Shown one piece after another: positions 26,953 to 40,945 of a stretch of 64,000 nucleotides of DNA (positions are counted from its first letter, which is position 1; each line of letters begins with the position of its first letter). The position numbers and the translations under genes were made by a program. Source of the stretch: Octopus vulgaris. Taxonomy: Eukaryota. Below the pieces are notes generated by a model, which was given only the letters and a program-made list of their open reading frames with translations, was not told the origin of the DNA and searched no databases. The DNA lies in contig OX597817.1 in the NCBI GenBank assembly GCA_951406725.2, positions 101,866,001 through 101,930,000 on the forward strand, in the 5' to 3' direction.

Positions 26953-29092
26953 TTGTGAAACAGTTACAAGAAAAGCATTTGGACAAAAGTAAACCATTGT
27001 ACTTAGCCTTCATTGACCTGAAAAAGTTTTCTACAAAGTTCCCCACTTTCTTACCTGGTGGTCTCTAAGGAAGCTAAGAGAAGAGGAATGGCTTGTTAGA
27101 GCTGTTCAAACCATGTACAGTGATGCTGTCGGGTGAGAGTTGGCCTTGAATTTAGTGTACAAGTTGGAGTTCACCAGGGGTCAGTTCTCAGTGCATTGTT
27201 ATTCATCAGTTCTGTAGGCCATAGGAACTACTATATGCTGATGATCTTGCTCCTATTGCAGAATCTGAAGCAGAAATGGAGAAGTTCCAGATTTGGAAGT
27301 AAAACCTGGAATCAAAGGGCCTTAAAGTTAACTTAGCAAAGACTAAAGTTGTTGTTAGCAAGAAAGCAAATAAGACTCTCCTTCCATCATGGCCCTGTTC
27401 GATATGTAGGAAAGGAGTAGGACATAATTCCATTTGCTGCACCAAGTGTAAGTTATGGACACATAAGTGACGCCATGGAATCATAGGTAGGTTAACAGAT
27501 ACGGTTGCTTTCGTGTGTGGCAGATACACTGGAACAATAAGCACTAAGGGCACGAGGAATTTCAACTTTCTCAAATGCCCAGGAGGCTCTCTAAAGGTAG
27601 TAGATAGTTTCTATTATTTAATTGGCCAAATTATTAAAGATAGTCGATGCTCTGAAATTATTGTTTCTAGAATAAGAATAAGATAGAGGAAGTTCAGAGA
27701 GCTACTACCTCTGTTGGCCACAAAAGGACTCTCTTAAAGTGAAAGATTGTGTATGATGCTTGTGTGAGAACATCTATATTACATGGTAGTGAGACATGAG
27801 TTATGACTGCAGAGGACATGCATAGACTGAAGAGGAAAGAAGGTAGTATGCTCCATAGGATTTGCAACATCAGTGTGCACGACTGACGAAGCACAACTGT
27901 GTTGTGAGAAAAGTTAGGCATAAGAGGATTAAACGTGGCATGCAGGAGAGGAGAATGCATTGGTTTGGACATGTGATGCGTATGTGTGAAGACAGCTGTA
28001 TAAAGAAGTGCCTGTCACTGAAAGTAGATGGTACGTGTGAAAGAGGGAAACCCAGGAAGACATAGAAGTAGTGAGGACTGATTTTAGGATGGTGGGGCTC
28101 ACAGAGAAGATGACAATGGACCAAGACATTTGGTGATATGAGATTCTAGAGGAGACCCATCAGCAAAACTAAATGTTGGAAGAGTTGTCCCACACACATG
28201 TAACAAGAAACTTTTCACATGTCCTACCCCAAGAAACCAAACTGCATCTCCTCTTCTAAACAGCATCTTTCTCTTCTTTACATTTCCTCTTCATAAACTA
28301 CGATTGTCTTCCAATCTCCTTTCTTGCTTTCACTGCCCTCTACTCAGGTTTCCGCCAGTCACTGCAATCTCCACTCCCTACTTGCATCTTGTTGGCAACA
28401 CCCAACAGTGCATTTTATACCTCTTCTCTTTACTCTACCATCACATCTATGCTCTGATCCTTGTTACTTGTGAGTATATCCTGGCACTTTACTATCTCTC
28501 TTCTGCTTTCTCTTACACTTTTGCTGTTTCCTACTCTCTCTCTTCCCTCTTGCTGGGTATCAATTTATTTCCTCTACAGCAGCACACCTATTTCTGCCCT
28601 CATTCTTGGTTGCTCTCTCTCTTTAGCAAAACACCTATTTCTTTGTCACACTCTAACTTTGCATCATCTGATACTGGATCACCTCTTCCAGTGCCTCCTC
28701 CATTATAGCAAGACACCTGTTTCTGCCTCTTTGTCATCCTCTGACATAAGTTTCCTTCCTCAAATGCCCCTGCCCCTCTCATAATTCTTTTGTCTTGCAA
28801 GTTACTTGGTGACCCTGCCAGTGCTGGTGCCACATGAAAAGCATCCAGTTCACACTGTAAAGTGGTTGGCATTTCAAAGGGTATCCAGTTGTAAAAATCA
28901 TGCCAAAACTAACCTCGCCTGAGTGGACTCATAAAAAGCACTGACTCCACTCTACAGAGTGGTTGGTGTTAGGAAGGGCATCCAGCCATAAAAACTCTAC
29001 CAAAACAGAGTAGCATAGGGTAGTTTTTCTAACTGGCCAGCTCCTGTGAACCATCCTACCCATGCATGCATTGAAGATCGATGATGATGATG
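26953..29092 (+). mobile_element. 5'-truncated degenerate RTE LINE (RT C-half, long 3'UTR, (GAT)n tail)
   Basis: QLQEKHL..SKPLYLAFIDL, VGVHQGSVLS, LLYADD and WPCSICRKG are collinear with the 61.2-63.5 kb element; ends in gatgatgatg. Confidence 0.85.
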
Positions 29093-29099
29093 TATATAT

Positions 29100-29264
29100 A
29101 TGATGGGCTTTTTTCAGTTTCTGCCTACTAAATTCACTCACAAAACTTTGGTCAGCCCAAGGATAGAGTAGAAGACACTTTCCCAAGGTACCATGCAGTG
29201 GGACTGAACCTGGAACCATGTAGTTGGGAAGCAAGCTTCTTACAACAGAGTCTTGCCTGTGCCT
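29100..29264 (-). mobile_element. tRNA-derived SINE, 5' part
   Basis: Matches 56670-56833. Confidence 0.85.
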
Positions 29265-29845
29265 GCATTTTCTTTGTTAATAGTGACACATTTGTAATTC
29301 TTTATTCTTATTTACAGTTAATGTGCCTAAATCAACATACTTTTTTTCATAGTCACTGACCATTAGTATACCTAATTCATACTATTTCATATCTTTTGTA
29401 CCACTGCTTTACACATCTAAGTATTTCATACTTCTCAAATTTAAGGAATCAAATCTTACTAATAAAACTGCTACTCTACACTTCTCTAGCTAGTATACCT
29501 GATATCTATCATTCCATCTGGCTGTCTTCCCTTTTTTTTTTTCGGTTTTTCCATAGTCTGTCTTACCTCCTGTAGTTGTTCCTAAGCTCTCTAAACTAAA
29601 ATGATTTTCTTCATTGTAGAAATGCTCAAATCAAGTATTCGTTAGTGCTGTATGGGAGCAGGCCTTCAGTCAGCTTTTAGCACATACTCAAATTGTGGTT
29701 CTACTTTTCTTGTGAACTTTATAGTTTTTAATTCATTTTTGGGAGCATATTACTTACCAGGTATCTATTTTGTAATCATTGACTGTCCCTATTTTTCACC
29801 ACAATAAAGTCAAGGTCATCAGACTGGTACAAGACCAACTCATTG

Positions 29846-30110
29846 GCATCATCATCGTCATTTAATATCCACTTTCCATGCTGGCATGGATTAAATGGTT
29901 TGACTGGAACTGGTAAGCTGCACCAGGTTTCAGTCTAATTTTCTATGGTTTCTACAGCTGGATGCCCTTCCTAACACTAACCACTCCAAGAGTGTAATGA
30001 GTGCTTTTTTACGTGCCACCAGCACATGCCACTTACATGACACCAGCAATGGTCACAATTACAATTCTATGGGTGTCATTGACATGACACTGGCAATCGC
30101 CATGACTACA
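29846..30110 (-). mobile_element. RTE-type 3'UTR fragment
   Basis: (CAT)n...tttccatgctggcatgg...ggatgcccttcctaac motifs. Confidence 0.7.
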
Positions 30111-30612
30111 GTTTCACTTCATAAAATTTGTGCTACAAATAGTAAACAAATTTTAGATTCATGCCCTCTTCAATCTTTGAACTGTTACCATAGCCTCCTT
30201 GCAGAGATTTTTAAAGTGGTAGTCTTTAACTTAGTCTCTATGAGGTTATTGTTGTCAATGATTTTGAAGAAATTAGCTGACCAGCTACCAATTAAGAATA
30301 ATATATTTCACAATAACTGCAAAGCTATTGGCTATCCAGAAAGACTTAGTCATGCCTTTTTAACCATTACTCTGTTTGGAGAACATGATATGATGTGCAA
30401 CATGCTTATATTCCACCTTACTAATTTTTATTTATATCATTCTTTTGTTAACACATAAGAATAATATAAATGAAATTCAGAAAAGGCTTAATATTTAATA
30501 CATAGTCATTAGTAACAGTGGTGTAGTTATTGCTAAATTTCCTTTGGGTCACACAGGTGTCACTGAAAACTTTCTTAATGTAACTTACATTCATCAAATC
30601 TATATATATATG

Positions 30613-30643
<31 letters not shown>

Positions 30644-30756
30644 GTTTCACTAAAGTTTTTACAAGTCATCAAAAATTCTATTGATCATTAGCATTGAGTT
30701 TCAGATGAATGCTTATCCCCATAAAAATTGAATACACAACAGATTTTTGTCCAGAA

Positions 30757-30762
30757 TTTATT
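30757..30762 (-). terminator. Candidate distal poly(A) signal of PCYT2
   Basis: Minus-strand AATAAA followed ~16 nt later by GU/U-rich GTTGTGTATTCAATTTTT, at the end of a ~4-kb TE-free AT-rich tract downstream of the stop. Confidence 0.35.
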
Positions 30763-32091
30763 TCCAAATTTATATAATTTAAGACAATAACAATGTTAAA
30801 AATGGGTAAACAGTAAACAACCATAACAAACTTTTTTTGTTACATAGTCAACCTTGTTTTAATTAAAAATAAAACAAAAAAAAACTATTGGTATTGCACC
30901 AGAATTGTTTTGAGATAATATAGTGGGAGAAGGGAAAATTTTAACATTCCTAACAACACTATCAAACACAGAGATGGAGTTTTAACTATTATGGAACTAG
31001 TAGTGATAACTTCAACTAGGAGGGGGTAAAAGTTTAAAATCAAACTCAAATTGTAAAAATGAAATAGTTAAAAATCAAAAATTTAATATAGTGAGGTAAG
31101 TTAGTGCAAAACAAAATTACAAACAAACAATTTTAGATCAATATGATTGATAAATAAATAAAATAAATACTTATTATGTCTCATATTCACATCTAGATAC
31201 AGAAGAAATAATTTCAAAATTTAAAAGAAATTTACAACTAAATTTAACCATTACATTAAGGTAACTGAAAAGGCTAATTCTAAGATGTAGAGCCTAGTTA
31301 AACATATAAAACATCTTACATAATTTTTTTGAAGAAAACTTAGCTTATCACAGTGTACTTGTTAAATACAATGTAGGCGAAATGATTTATGATTGGACAA
31401 AACCCTTAAATGCAGTGCTGCAGTCTAACTGATAAACTAGTAAAAATAAAAGAATAAATGAAATTATATTCTGAAATTAGAGAAAGTAATCATTAAAGAA
31501 CAATTCAATGACTTATAAAGCTAAAACTAAATAATTCTAGTGCATCATTAACATTTTCTAGGGGCCAGATTTAATTTTTAAAAATTCACCAGTTTATATT
31601 ACAGAAATATATTCCTTAAAAATTTCCCATGTTGAGCTTGATTAAATGAGTTAAAAATTGGAGAAAAATTTATTGCTTATTTTTCAATTAAAATATTAAA
31701 AAATAAACATTCATATTTAAAAAAAAAATCTAATGAGTCGAAATAAAAAAAGAAACTTTACATTTCAATTTCTTAAAAGGAGAAATAAAGGACATTTATT
31801 ATTAACAAATTGAATATTTTTGAAAGAATTAGTATTTTACATGAATTATAATATTTTCAATGGAAAATGGTAATTTGAGACAATATAGTTTCTGATGGAA
31901 AAAAACATACACAAAGCTCAAAACATGACAGATTTAGAGCAATCAAGCTGTTCAATATACAGAGACAAAATTTTGATTACCTTTTAAACAGGTGGTCTCC
32001 AAGTCAGATTTATAGATTTTTATGGATAATGTAAATAAAATACACATATCTGTATGCATGTGTGTGAGTGTGTTTGTGTATATATATATAT

Positions 32092-32124
<33 letters not shown>

Positions 32125-34725
32125 ATTTCACAAAAATTTGATAAGGCATCGAAAACATTTGCATATGAAATAGTCTGTAATGATGAAGTTGAAGTGAATA
32201 ATTCAACTCTTCAACTTTTGAGCTCCAGTGGATTTTCAATGTATATTTATAAAACTGTATAATTAGATTAAGCTAATTTCATAATTTATAATGGTGTTGT
32301 AGTCCTGATATTGAATGACCACTGGGTGAAAGAAAAGCATGAAGTAAAATACATGAAACCTTGTTTATTACAAAGAGTTTGAATATATGGGACGGGATAG
32401 GAATATGGAATTTTAGAAAGAAGAAAGTGTTTAGAACCAACAAAAATTATTTATAGACTGGTTGAAGATTCCCAGACTATCAATGTCATCTTATGTGTGT
32501 CTCTATGTTCAACAGTATGTCTTAATTAGTCCATTTTGAAATCATCTTCAAGGATCCTGTTCTTATATAGCTTAGCCTGGTCTTTATTACAATCTTAATA
32601 GTAAAGTAGATTTCAATATTCTTAACGGATATACTCAATGACATTTAGCAGTTAGGTACAGAAAACTCATTTAAAAATTGGTAGAAACTGCATTGAGGTC
32701 TTTATGAGATCTATTGGTTAGTTTCTATATTTAATGTTAATGAATTAGAAACAAAGAATGTATGTAAGAGTTGAGGGTTAAGCTTATGTATGCAAAAATT
32801 AGGGGTCAAGCTGAAAGGAAACAACTGAACAGTAGTTCCAATCATAGAAATAAAAAAAAAATTAAAACTGGAAATAAAGTTATTTAAAAATTAAGACATT
32901 TAATAAAAGCATTTATATTTTATAATATTGTTGAAACTAGTAAACTTGTATTGATTCCAATTGTATAGTGCAATGGCAGGAAAGTCTGATTCTAGAATCT
33001 TCTACAAAAATAGTGATAAACAAACATATTCATTCTTATTTAAAGTCTATTTCAAGGATAGGAGCATTACAGAAAAAGAGACAAGCTGAATGTTGTCTGG
33101 TCTCATCAGTTAAAGCCACTTTATTTCACTTTGGCAGCACAATCCTTTGAAGATGAAATATAATGATAGTTGTTAGTATGTTTAATTCATCAGCTCTTGA
33201 GCCCCAGTGGATTTTTAAGATGTGTTTTGATAAAACAACAGTATAATTATTATATTAAGCTGATTTAATAAAAAAAAAATGATAGTATTATTATACTAAT
33301 ATTGAATGGGCATCATAATATTTCCTCTCTCCATAAATGTTATATCTTAATCCTAATCTGTTAAAAAGATAGTGGAAATCTTTGTTGTTTAGTTTCGAAA
33401 GTAATCTACAATTTAATTATCTTATGGATAAATAACCAAAGCTATTTCGACACACTCAAAATTAATCATATTTTTAAAACACTTTCTGAATTACAAGCAT
33501 TTTATATGATATATAATTCTATCATTTAAACTGCAAAAATATTTTAAATCCTAGAGAATCATTAGTTTTGAAAAGATGCCTTGAAAATTGCAAATTTAGT
33601 TTAACAACTATATACTACATATGTTTATGAATGTAAGTATTATGTTTAATTTTGGAAGTCTGAACAATAAGTTGATGTTGAAACCATTCAGCATTGGGTC
33701 TTGCTGAGCCAAGTGGTAGTGAGATGGATGATCTGAGGAAAATTTATGTGCTATACATATTGTAAACATCAATTAAGAATGTGATGAACAAATACCAGTT
33801 ATAACAGTCCTAGAAATATGTGATCAAAATGACATTAATTATTTTTGTTCATTAGCTGAAAGGATTAAATCTCTTATTAAAAATTTTTTTAGAAAAATAA
33901 ATAGAAGTTCTTGCTTGTATGCATACAAAAATACACATTAAGCAAGAAGGAAAAGATAAATAAGAAAATTTGAACATATACTTTGAATATCTTTCCATGT
34001 CATATAAATACACTTTATACTTAAATAGCAAATAGAATTTTGCCAAATATAGTCTGATCTTTGAAATATGTAACTAATGTGTTTATGCCTTCTAATTTCA
34101 TTCATCACATAATTTAAACAAAAATATTACATAAATAATGTTAATGTAGCCTTAAATATCATATTTAAATATTATATCAAATATCATATAATATTAAACC
34201 ATTAAATATAATATTAAATATTATTTTTTATTTTAATATTCCTTTTAAAAATTAATTTGTAAACTGAATTTTTTTTTTTTGAAATTTCATTTTCTAAATA
34301 GTATTATTTAATCATAAAACATCAAAATTCACTAATTTTTTAAAATATTAAAAGTACCAATTTATCCTCATAAATTTAAATGTTAAAACATGAGTTATTT
34401 CAAGATTTGAGCAAGGGATTACATTTGATTAAAAAACCAGAAAAGCCAAATTAGATGAACCAATTGCATACATAAATAAAAAATATTCAAACATATATCG
34501 TAGTAGTGCTTTTTTTTACACATATATATAAATACACATGTTTGTCTAGAAAAAAAAATTAAATTTAAAAACGGTGAGAGGATGAGTGATTAAGATAAAC
34601 ATTGTATTGCTAGCAAGATAAAGTAATATTTTTCATAGCTGAATCCATACAGATGTCCTGAATGTTAAAGGGTAGAAAATAAAGAAGCAGAAGCTATTGA
34701 GTGAAGGCTTTTGGTTGACTCAAAC

Positions 34726-34807
34726 TCAATGAAAATTGTTTTTCATTGCTTCTAAAATTTTCAGTTCCTTTTCAGTTTTCTTCTTGTTGCGAGCTTCATA
34801 GTCTAAT
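34726..34807 (-). CDS. PCYT2: Ethanolamine-phosphate cytidylyltransferase, last coding exon (LDYEARNKKKTEKELKILEAMKNNFH*)
   Basis: ttccAG acceptor; matches the PCYT2 C-terminal RLEYEARNQKKE motif. Confidence 0.93.
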
Positions 34808-35290
34808 CTGGAAATAAGGAAATTAAAAGAAAAAAAAAACCATTTTCAATGAATACTACATATGAAAGAAAACAAACTAACCATTTTTCCCATAAAAAAA
34901 AGTCCCATACATATGATACAACCTTTAGTTAAATTGCATATATCTGCCAAGTATGAATATTTCATGGAATTGCACTTATGTGCATGTGTTAAATGATAGG
35001 TGATATAAAAAAACTTAGTTCAATTAAAAAAAATATACTCTTCATTATCTACGCACCACTGCTACCTCCACCACCATCATCATCTCCCTCTCCCCCCTCT
35101 CTCTCAGCCTTTCTTTAACCTCACCATCAGAACATCACCCCTCTGCTAAAAATATTTCTAACTCTCTTTCTCTATATCACTACTTTCAACTAACTTTTTT
35201 AACTACATAATAAATATTATGCTCCCCCTACCACACATCATGTACTCTCTTTTTCTCTCTCCTTTTTCTTTCCCTTCAACTAATTACTTG

Positions 35291-36252
35291 AAAGCATTAC
35301 AATTACATTCCCTCTACCTCATGTCATTAAAGCTTCTCTCTTCCTCTTTTCTTTCTCCCACAAGAAAGCATGGCACCCTGTCAAAGCTGTCTCCAGAACA
35401 ACTTATACTAGCTAGACAAGTATGCTCTAAGCAAAAATCTTCTCTTGCAATTGTCTTACTATGAAGAGACCATCAATAGTACCCTAAGCTACATTTCATC
35501 TCAGTTGATTTTCTTCCTAATCAGTTGTACTAAAACTTTTCCCATTATCATCATAACTTGGTCTATCATTTTCATATCTTTGTAGTTGCTTCATTCTAAA
35601 GCAACTCATTTATGCTTGATGATAATACTGCTTTAATCGATATAGATGAAGATACTAATATGCCAGTCATTGGGATGCACAGAACTATTTTAAGCAATAT
35701 TCACATAACAGGTTACATGCTGCTATACTTCATATAGTAGACCCAGCATCCACTTTCTCAACAGCTTTTTACACCATGACAGCTCATTTTCACTTTAGTT
35801 ATTAGTAAGGTTAAACTGGGATCACATTTAAAACATGAGTTACTCCAGTTGTAAAACATCATAAACAAATAAATTCAAATTACAAATATGCTGAACCTCA
35901 CAAAGATGATTTAGGAATGCCACAAGTGGTGATATGTTGTGTTGTAGGGAATCTGTCCAATCCATACAGGTATGGAAAAATTGACATAAAAATGTTGATG
36001 ATAATGTAACCTAACTGCAGATAAAGGAAGACCTGTGAGAGATCAAGATATGTTATGCCAGGAATATTACTGTCAAGCAAACCTAGACTAAAGTCTTCAG
36101 TAATACAGCAATCTTATAATAATTCTGTTTGTCATTGTGTTACTTAGCCCGTCAGTAACACTTTCACGTGATTAAAAGAAAGAGGGAGAAAGAAAAGAGG
36201 AAGAGAGAAGCTTTAATGACATGAGGTAGAGGGAATGTAATTGTAATGCTTT
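35291..36252. repeat. Perfect 69-bp inverted repeat with an 824-bp spacer
   Basis: 35291-35359 is the exact reverse complement of 36184-36252. Confidence 0.95.
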
Positions 36253-36382
36253 ACAATAAATAATAGATATATTTACTTAATCATTTTTTATGTTTGTTTA
36301 TGTGTGTGTGATACATTTCTGTGAGTACGAGTAAGTCATATACAAAATATTCTAGATGTTATCAGGCTGGTTGAACAATGTT

Positions 36383-37012
36383 TTAGCAAAAGCTTGAAAG
36401 AAATGAAGCCAGTATGCTCCAATGGATGGGTAATGTCAGTGTATGTATATGACAGAGTGTAAGTGACTTGAGAGAAAAGCTGGATATATGAGGCATCAGA
36501 TATAGTGTGCAAGAGAAAGAAGACTGCACTGGTATGGCCATGTAATGTATATTAATGAAGACAGCTGAATCAGGAGGTGCCAATCTAATTGTAGAGGGAA
36601 CATGGAAGGAGTTGACCCATAAAGATATGAGACAAAATGGTAAGAAAGGATCTGCAGGCATTGGGACTCACAGAGGGGATTGAGACATTTGGTGGTTTGC
36701 TGTGCTTGAAAAGACACATCAAGCAAAGTAAAAGCATGGTTGTCCTTGCATACAGGCTACCCACTGCACCCCTCTTCAACTGAGCATTCCTAATCTTGTG
36801 GGTGCTGGTGCCATGTAAACACACCCATGTTGATGCTGTGTAAAAGCACCCAGTACACTCTGTAAAAGTGGACGGCGTTAGGAGAGACATTCAGCTGTAG
36901 AAACCATGCCAAAACGGACATGGTGTCTGGGCAATTCTTTAGCTGCCAGCTCCTGTCAAAGCGACCAACCCATGCCAGCATGGGAAACAGATGTTTAATG
37001 AAGATGATGATG
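36383..37012 (+). mobile_element. RTE LINE 3' fragment with 3'UTR and (GAT)n tail
   Basis: agaaatgaagccagtatgctccaatggatg shared with the segment at ~63200-63235; RTE tail motifs. Confidence 0.85.
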
Positions 37013-37473
37013 AATATTTATTTACTATTTACTGACAAGAGGAGAGGAAGCATTCATGGCCATATCAGAGCTTAAAAGACTAATAAGAGAAAAAGAAAAA
37101 ATTATCCTCAGATCAGAGATCTGACTTGAATGCATGTTGCAAAGTGGAGGACATGAAAGGTATCCAAAGACTAAATGATGTTGTTTAAACTAAGCTTATT
37201 CTGTTTATGTTTAAAATAATTGCTTGATAAGATAAGGAGGAACGTTTTAACTTTTTTTTTTCGTTCCTAAACAAGGTAGATAACTCTGATTGTCTTCATT
37301 TAACTATTTCCATGTCATTGCTGAGTGATTATCAACAAGAAAAACACTTAGCTGTAAAAGGCTTTTGTCTAAACAATACTTAAATATCCTAATTTTCTAC
37401 ACACATCTCACTTACCCTGGTATATTAAAATGGAAGAATAATGTTTTATAAAATTTTATTTATTTTTCATTAC

Positions 37474-37562
37474 CTGTTTCTGATAATACGTTCAACAATT
37501 TTTTGTGTAGTCAAATCATTTCCACTGTCAAGCATTTTGAATTTTTTCCTTTCTTTGGGTAC
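37474..37562 (-). CDS. PCYT2: PCYT2 exon (VPKERKKFKMLDSGNDLTTQKIVERIIRNR)
   Basis: AG/GT borders, phase 0 to 2; matches DSGSNLTTDLIVQRII. Confidence 0.95.
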
Positions 37563-38404
37563 CTGGAACAAAACAGAATTGCAGCAATCAGAAAAATATT
37601 GCTACTTGCAACTAATTTTTAAAATTTAACAGAAGTGTTCTGATGATAGTATTGCTTTCAGACTGTCCAAAATTTGTAAAAGAAATACTAAATTTTTTAA
37701 AACTGAAACAAGTGTCCTTCGGAAATTCTTATATAACCTCAATTCAAGTGAGTGTCAAATAAATAAATCAAATTTAAATATCACACATCTATCACTTATA
37801 CTTTTTCTCTCTCTTACTAGTAAATATGTGAGTCATTACTGTCTCATTTTCATTATGATGTCTCCATTATAGGCTCACTTCTTTCCCTACCACTCTTACT
37901 GCAATCACCCCTCTCCTACTCACTCTATTTGATATGTTGTCTATGAAGACAACATAGAACAGTGAGGACCCATTTTGTTTTGTGAAGTATACTTCAAACT
38001 TTAGTAGCTATTTGAATAAAGGGTTTCCACATGCAAAAAAAAATTGGGACTGAGTGAGTTTCATTGGAGTCAGTCACTCTGCTTGAAATGGCATCCAAAT
38101 TCACTTAAATGTCATCAACCCTCTTAAAAACGAAAGGACATATTAGATAGGAATGGTACAGCTGGAATTCCTTTTGTCATAGGTTTGTGGAGACCAAGAC
38201 TGAACTGGGGGCTAAACAATAACAACAGCAAAAATTGCACCAACAATATACAAAAGTCTAAATTTAAGAAATAATTCCAACCCATAACAGCATGGAAAAT
38301 AAATATAAAATAAACAATAAATATAATATAAACAAAAAAATGTACTTGAAAGTTTTCGCTTTCAAGTTACATGAAACATAGAGAAAAAAAAACCCAGTAA
38401 TTAC

Positions 38405-38470
38405 TGCATAAGGATCTGATCCATCTTCAGTAGGCATAATTGGAGTTTTCCCATGGCAAACAAGATCAAC
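38405..38470 (-). CDS. PCYT2: PCYT2 exon (VDLVCHGKTPIMPTEDGSDPYA)
   Basis: AG/GT borders, 66 nt; conserved VDLVCHGKT...DGSDPY. Confidence 0.96.
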
Positions 38471-39964
38471 CTACATGAATGGAGCATAAAAATGAATAAT
38501 TATATGGTTGGTTAACTGCAGTGACCTGAAATTGGGTAAACCATGAGAATATGCAAAAACACAGTATATCAAAAATACTAATAGGATTATCAAATTAAAA
38601 TTCTAAGAGAGTTATTACCAGGAAAGTAAGGTGATTCTTTAAATTGATGAAATTAAATTACAAGCATTTAAAATAAAAAGGGAAAAGCAAACAAATGTCC
38701 TTATGTGAATTACCTGCTTTGCAGCCTTATCACATGATTATGTGAATATAGAGATAAAAGTTTTGTATGGTGCTGAGAGTCTACTATTATAACTGGTAGT
38801 CTCTCTTTCTTTCTCTCTCTTTATTTATTTATTTTTTTCTTGACATGTATTTCAAAGCAAGCAGCTGCTTTGATACTTTCACTATCTTTATTCTATATCA
38901 AAATACTAAACAGATTTGGCTGAATACTTTAGATGAAACTAAATGTAAAAATTGCATACAATCACATATATTTAAATGAATGCATATTTTATTATTTATT
39001 AATGATAATGAGGAACATGTAATTTATTCAGGTCCTTTAAAATACAGTTTATCATCTCAGCTATAAAACTGTATGTTTATTTCTCCTAGCTTTTCTACAA
39101 GTACTCACTGGTAACTTTATGTTCCTAGGAAATAACATACAACAAATAATGAAGCAAACAAGTGGCTGGAATGTATGTGGATTTATTTTGCAGCGGAATT
39201 GCAGATAAGAAATAAAAGAGGACAAAGAAAGGAAGCAGCAAGGTAAAAGTGCAGTAGTTTTTTTATGATTTTCAGTTTTACAGACAAGATGACAAAAGAT
39301 GCTAGTGATTGACAATAAATCATACTGCAGACTGTTGCTTCCAAGGATGGTAACAATGGCAAGGATTGTGGCAGTGATCAAGGTTACTAGTAGTGATAAT
39401 AATGATGTGAATGTGCACTTACATTCATTTCTAACTTTTAAAAAAAGGCACATAAATATCACTACAATATGTAGAGCATAAATGAGACAAAGAGAATTTA
39501 AAGTTACTATAGAATAACAGTTTTAAATGGGGACAAGTAATAAGGCAGTTAAGGATGTAAATGTCAGAGAAAGCTGTAGAACTTTCAGAAATACTTACTA
39601 AGATATTAGAAACACTGGGATTAAATAAAATTTCATTTTTATTTTTTTTTATAAATTAAAGTTTTTCATGTGGAAAAATCTGATTTCCATGAAAAAGGGC
39701 ATCTATAATAGAATTAATTTCAACTTCCTCACCTACTTTATCACTTTCAGAAGTTATACTTTATGAAAATAGCATAAAAATAATACAAATAATTGAGAAA
39801 AGATGATAAAAAGTATTTACATGTAATTTGAGCTTGAATCATGTTATAGAATTATATAATTTACTATTATTTTAAGAATTAAGGACTATATTTATATTCA
39901 TCAGTAAACACAAGAAAAAGAAGTTGTTGTTTGTTTTTGGTATGGTAATATTTCTTAACCTATT

Positions 39965-40167
39965 AAGGTGGCAAGTGGGCAGAATCGTTAGTGTGCTAGG
40001 CAAAATGCTTAGTGTCATTTTGTCCATCTTTACATTCTGAGTTCAAATTCTGGCAAGGCTGACTTTGCTTTTCACCCATTCAGGGTTGATAGATTAAGTA
40101 CCAGTGGAGCACTGGGGTTGATACCCCTGCCCTGAAATTGCTGGCCTTGAGCCAAAATTTGAAACTA
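39965..40167 (+). mobile_element. Second tRNA-derived SINE family
   Basis: A-box-like GGGCAGAATCG, B-box GAGTTCAAATTC, core gactttgc...gata.attaagtaccag; further copies near 41100, 45520-45725, 49020-49205 and 61045-61172. Confidence 0.8.
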
Positions 40168-40459
40168 ATATTTCGTAACCTCAGAGTTCATGAATAAAAC
40201 TATTTCTTATCACAGTGATTTTAAAATTTATAGCAGAGCAACTTAATTATTATTAAAAATAATAGTCAAAAAGAAAGATGTTATGCTTCAAATGAAATTC
40301 TTTATGTTATAGAACTAAAAACTATGTCACAAAAGAATTCCCTTCTTGATTATGAATTCTGAGTAATTATTGATTTCACCTAGCAAACAAAACTCTCTAT
40401 ATTTCATTGAGTAATAGCAAATAGGGAAAGAAAAGAAGGGTAGTTCATATTCAAATTAC

Positions 40460-40525
40460 CTTGAAATGATCCATAAGTTCTGCTGTTACTTCATATGGTG
40501 CTCCAATGACAACTTCAGATACATA
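40460..40525 (-). CDS. PCYT2: PCYT2 exon (YVSEVVIGAPYEVTAELMDHFK)
   Basis: AG/GT borders, 66 nt; near-identical to the vertebrate PCYT2 segment. Confidence 0.97.
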
Positions 40526-40680
40526 CTACAAATTACAATAAAAGTTAATCAGATAAAGACCAAGCATGAAGATGTTTCATAAAAAATATAATCAGTATTG
40601 TAATAATTTAAACAGAATATTATAAATAGTATTTTCTTCTAATTCAATAAGTAAGGGAACTGTTGTTATTGCAGCCAATA

Positions 40681-40739
<59 letters not shown>

Positions 40740-40765
40740 AAATGTGTGAGATTCTTGGTAGTTAG

Positions 40766-40945
40766 GTATATTTGAAAAAAGAAAGAAGACTTCACTGGTA
40801 GTTCTAATCAGTCTAATTTATTATTTTTTAATAATATAAATCCTTTAGTTTGATAAAATTTATATTATTAAAAAATTTAAAAATAATAAATTAAAACTGA
40901 TTAGAACTATCAGTGAAGTCATTCTTTTTCTTTTTTCAAATATAC
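40766..40945. repeat. ~180-bp foldback palindrome (MITE-like)
   Basis: gtatatttgaaaaaag...gacttcactggtagttctaatcagt pairs with actgattagaactatcagtgaagtc...cttttttcaaatatac around a short central loop. Confidence 0.85.

Noticed and set aside
29770-29830. Minus-strand CTGATGA...GAAA
   Set aside because: No stem I complement follows a UH site; likely a chance match.
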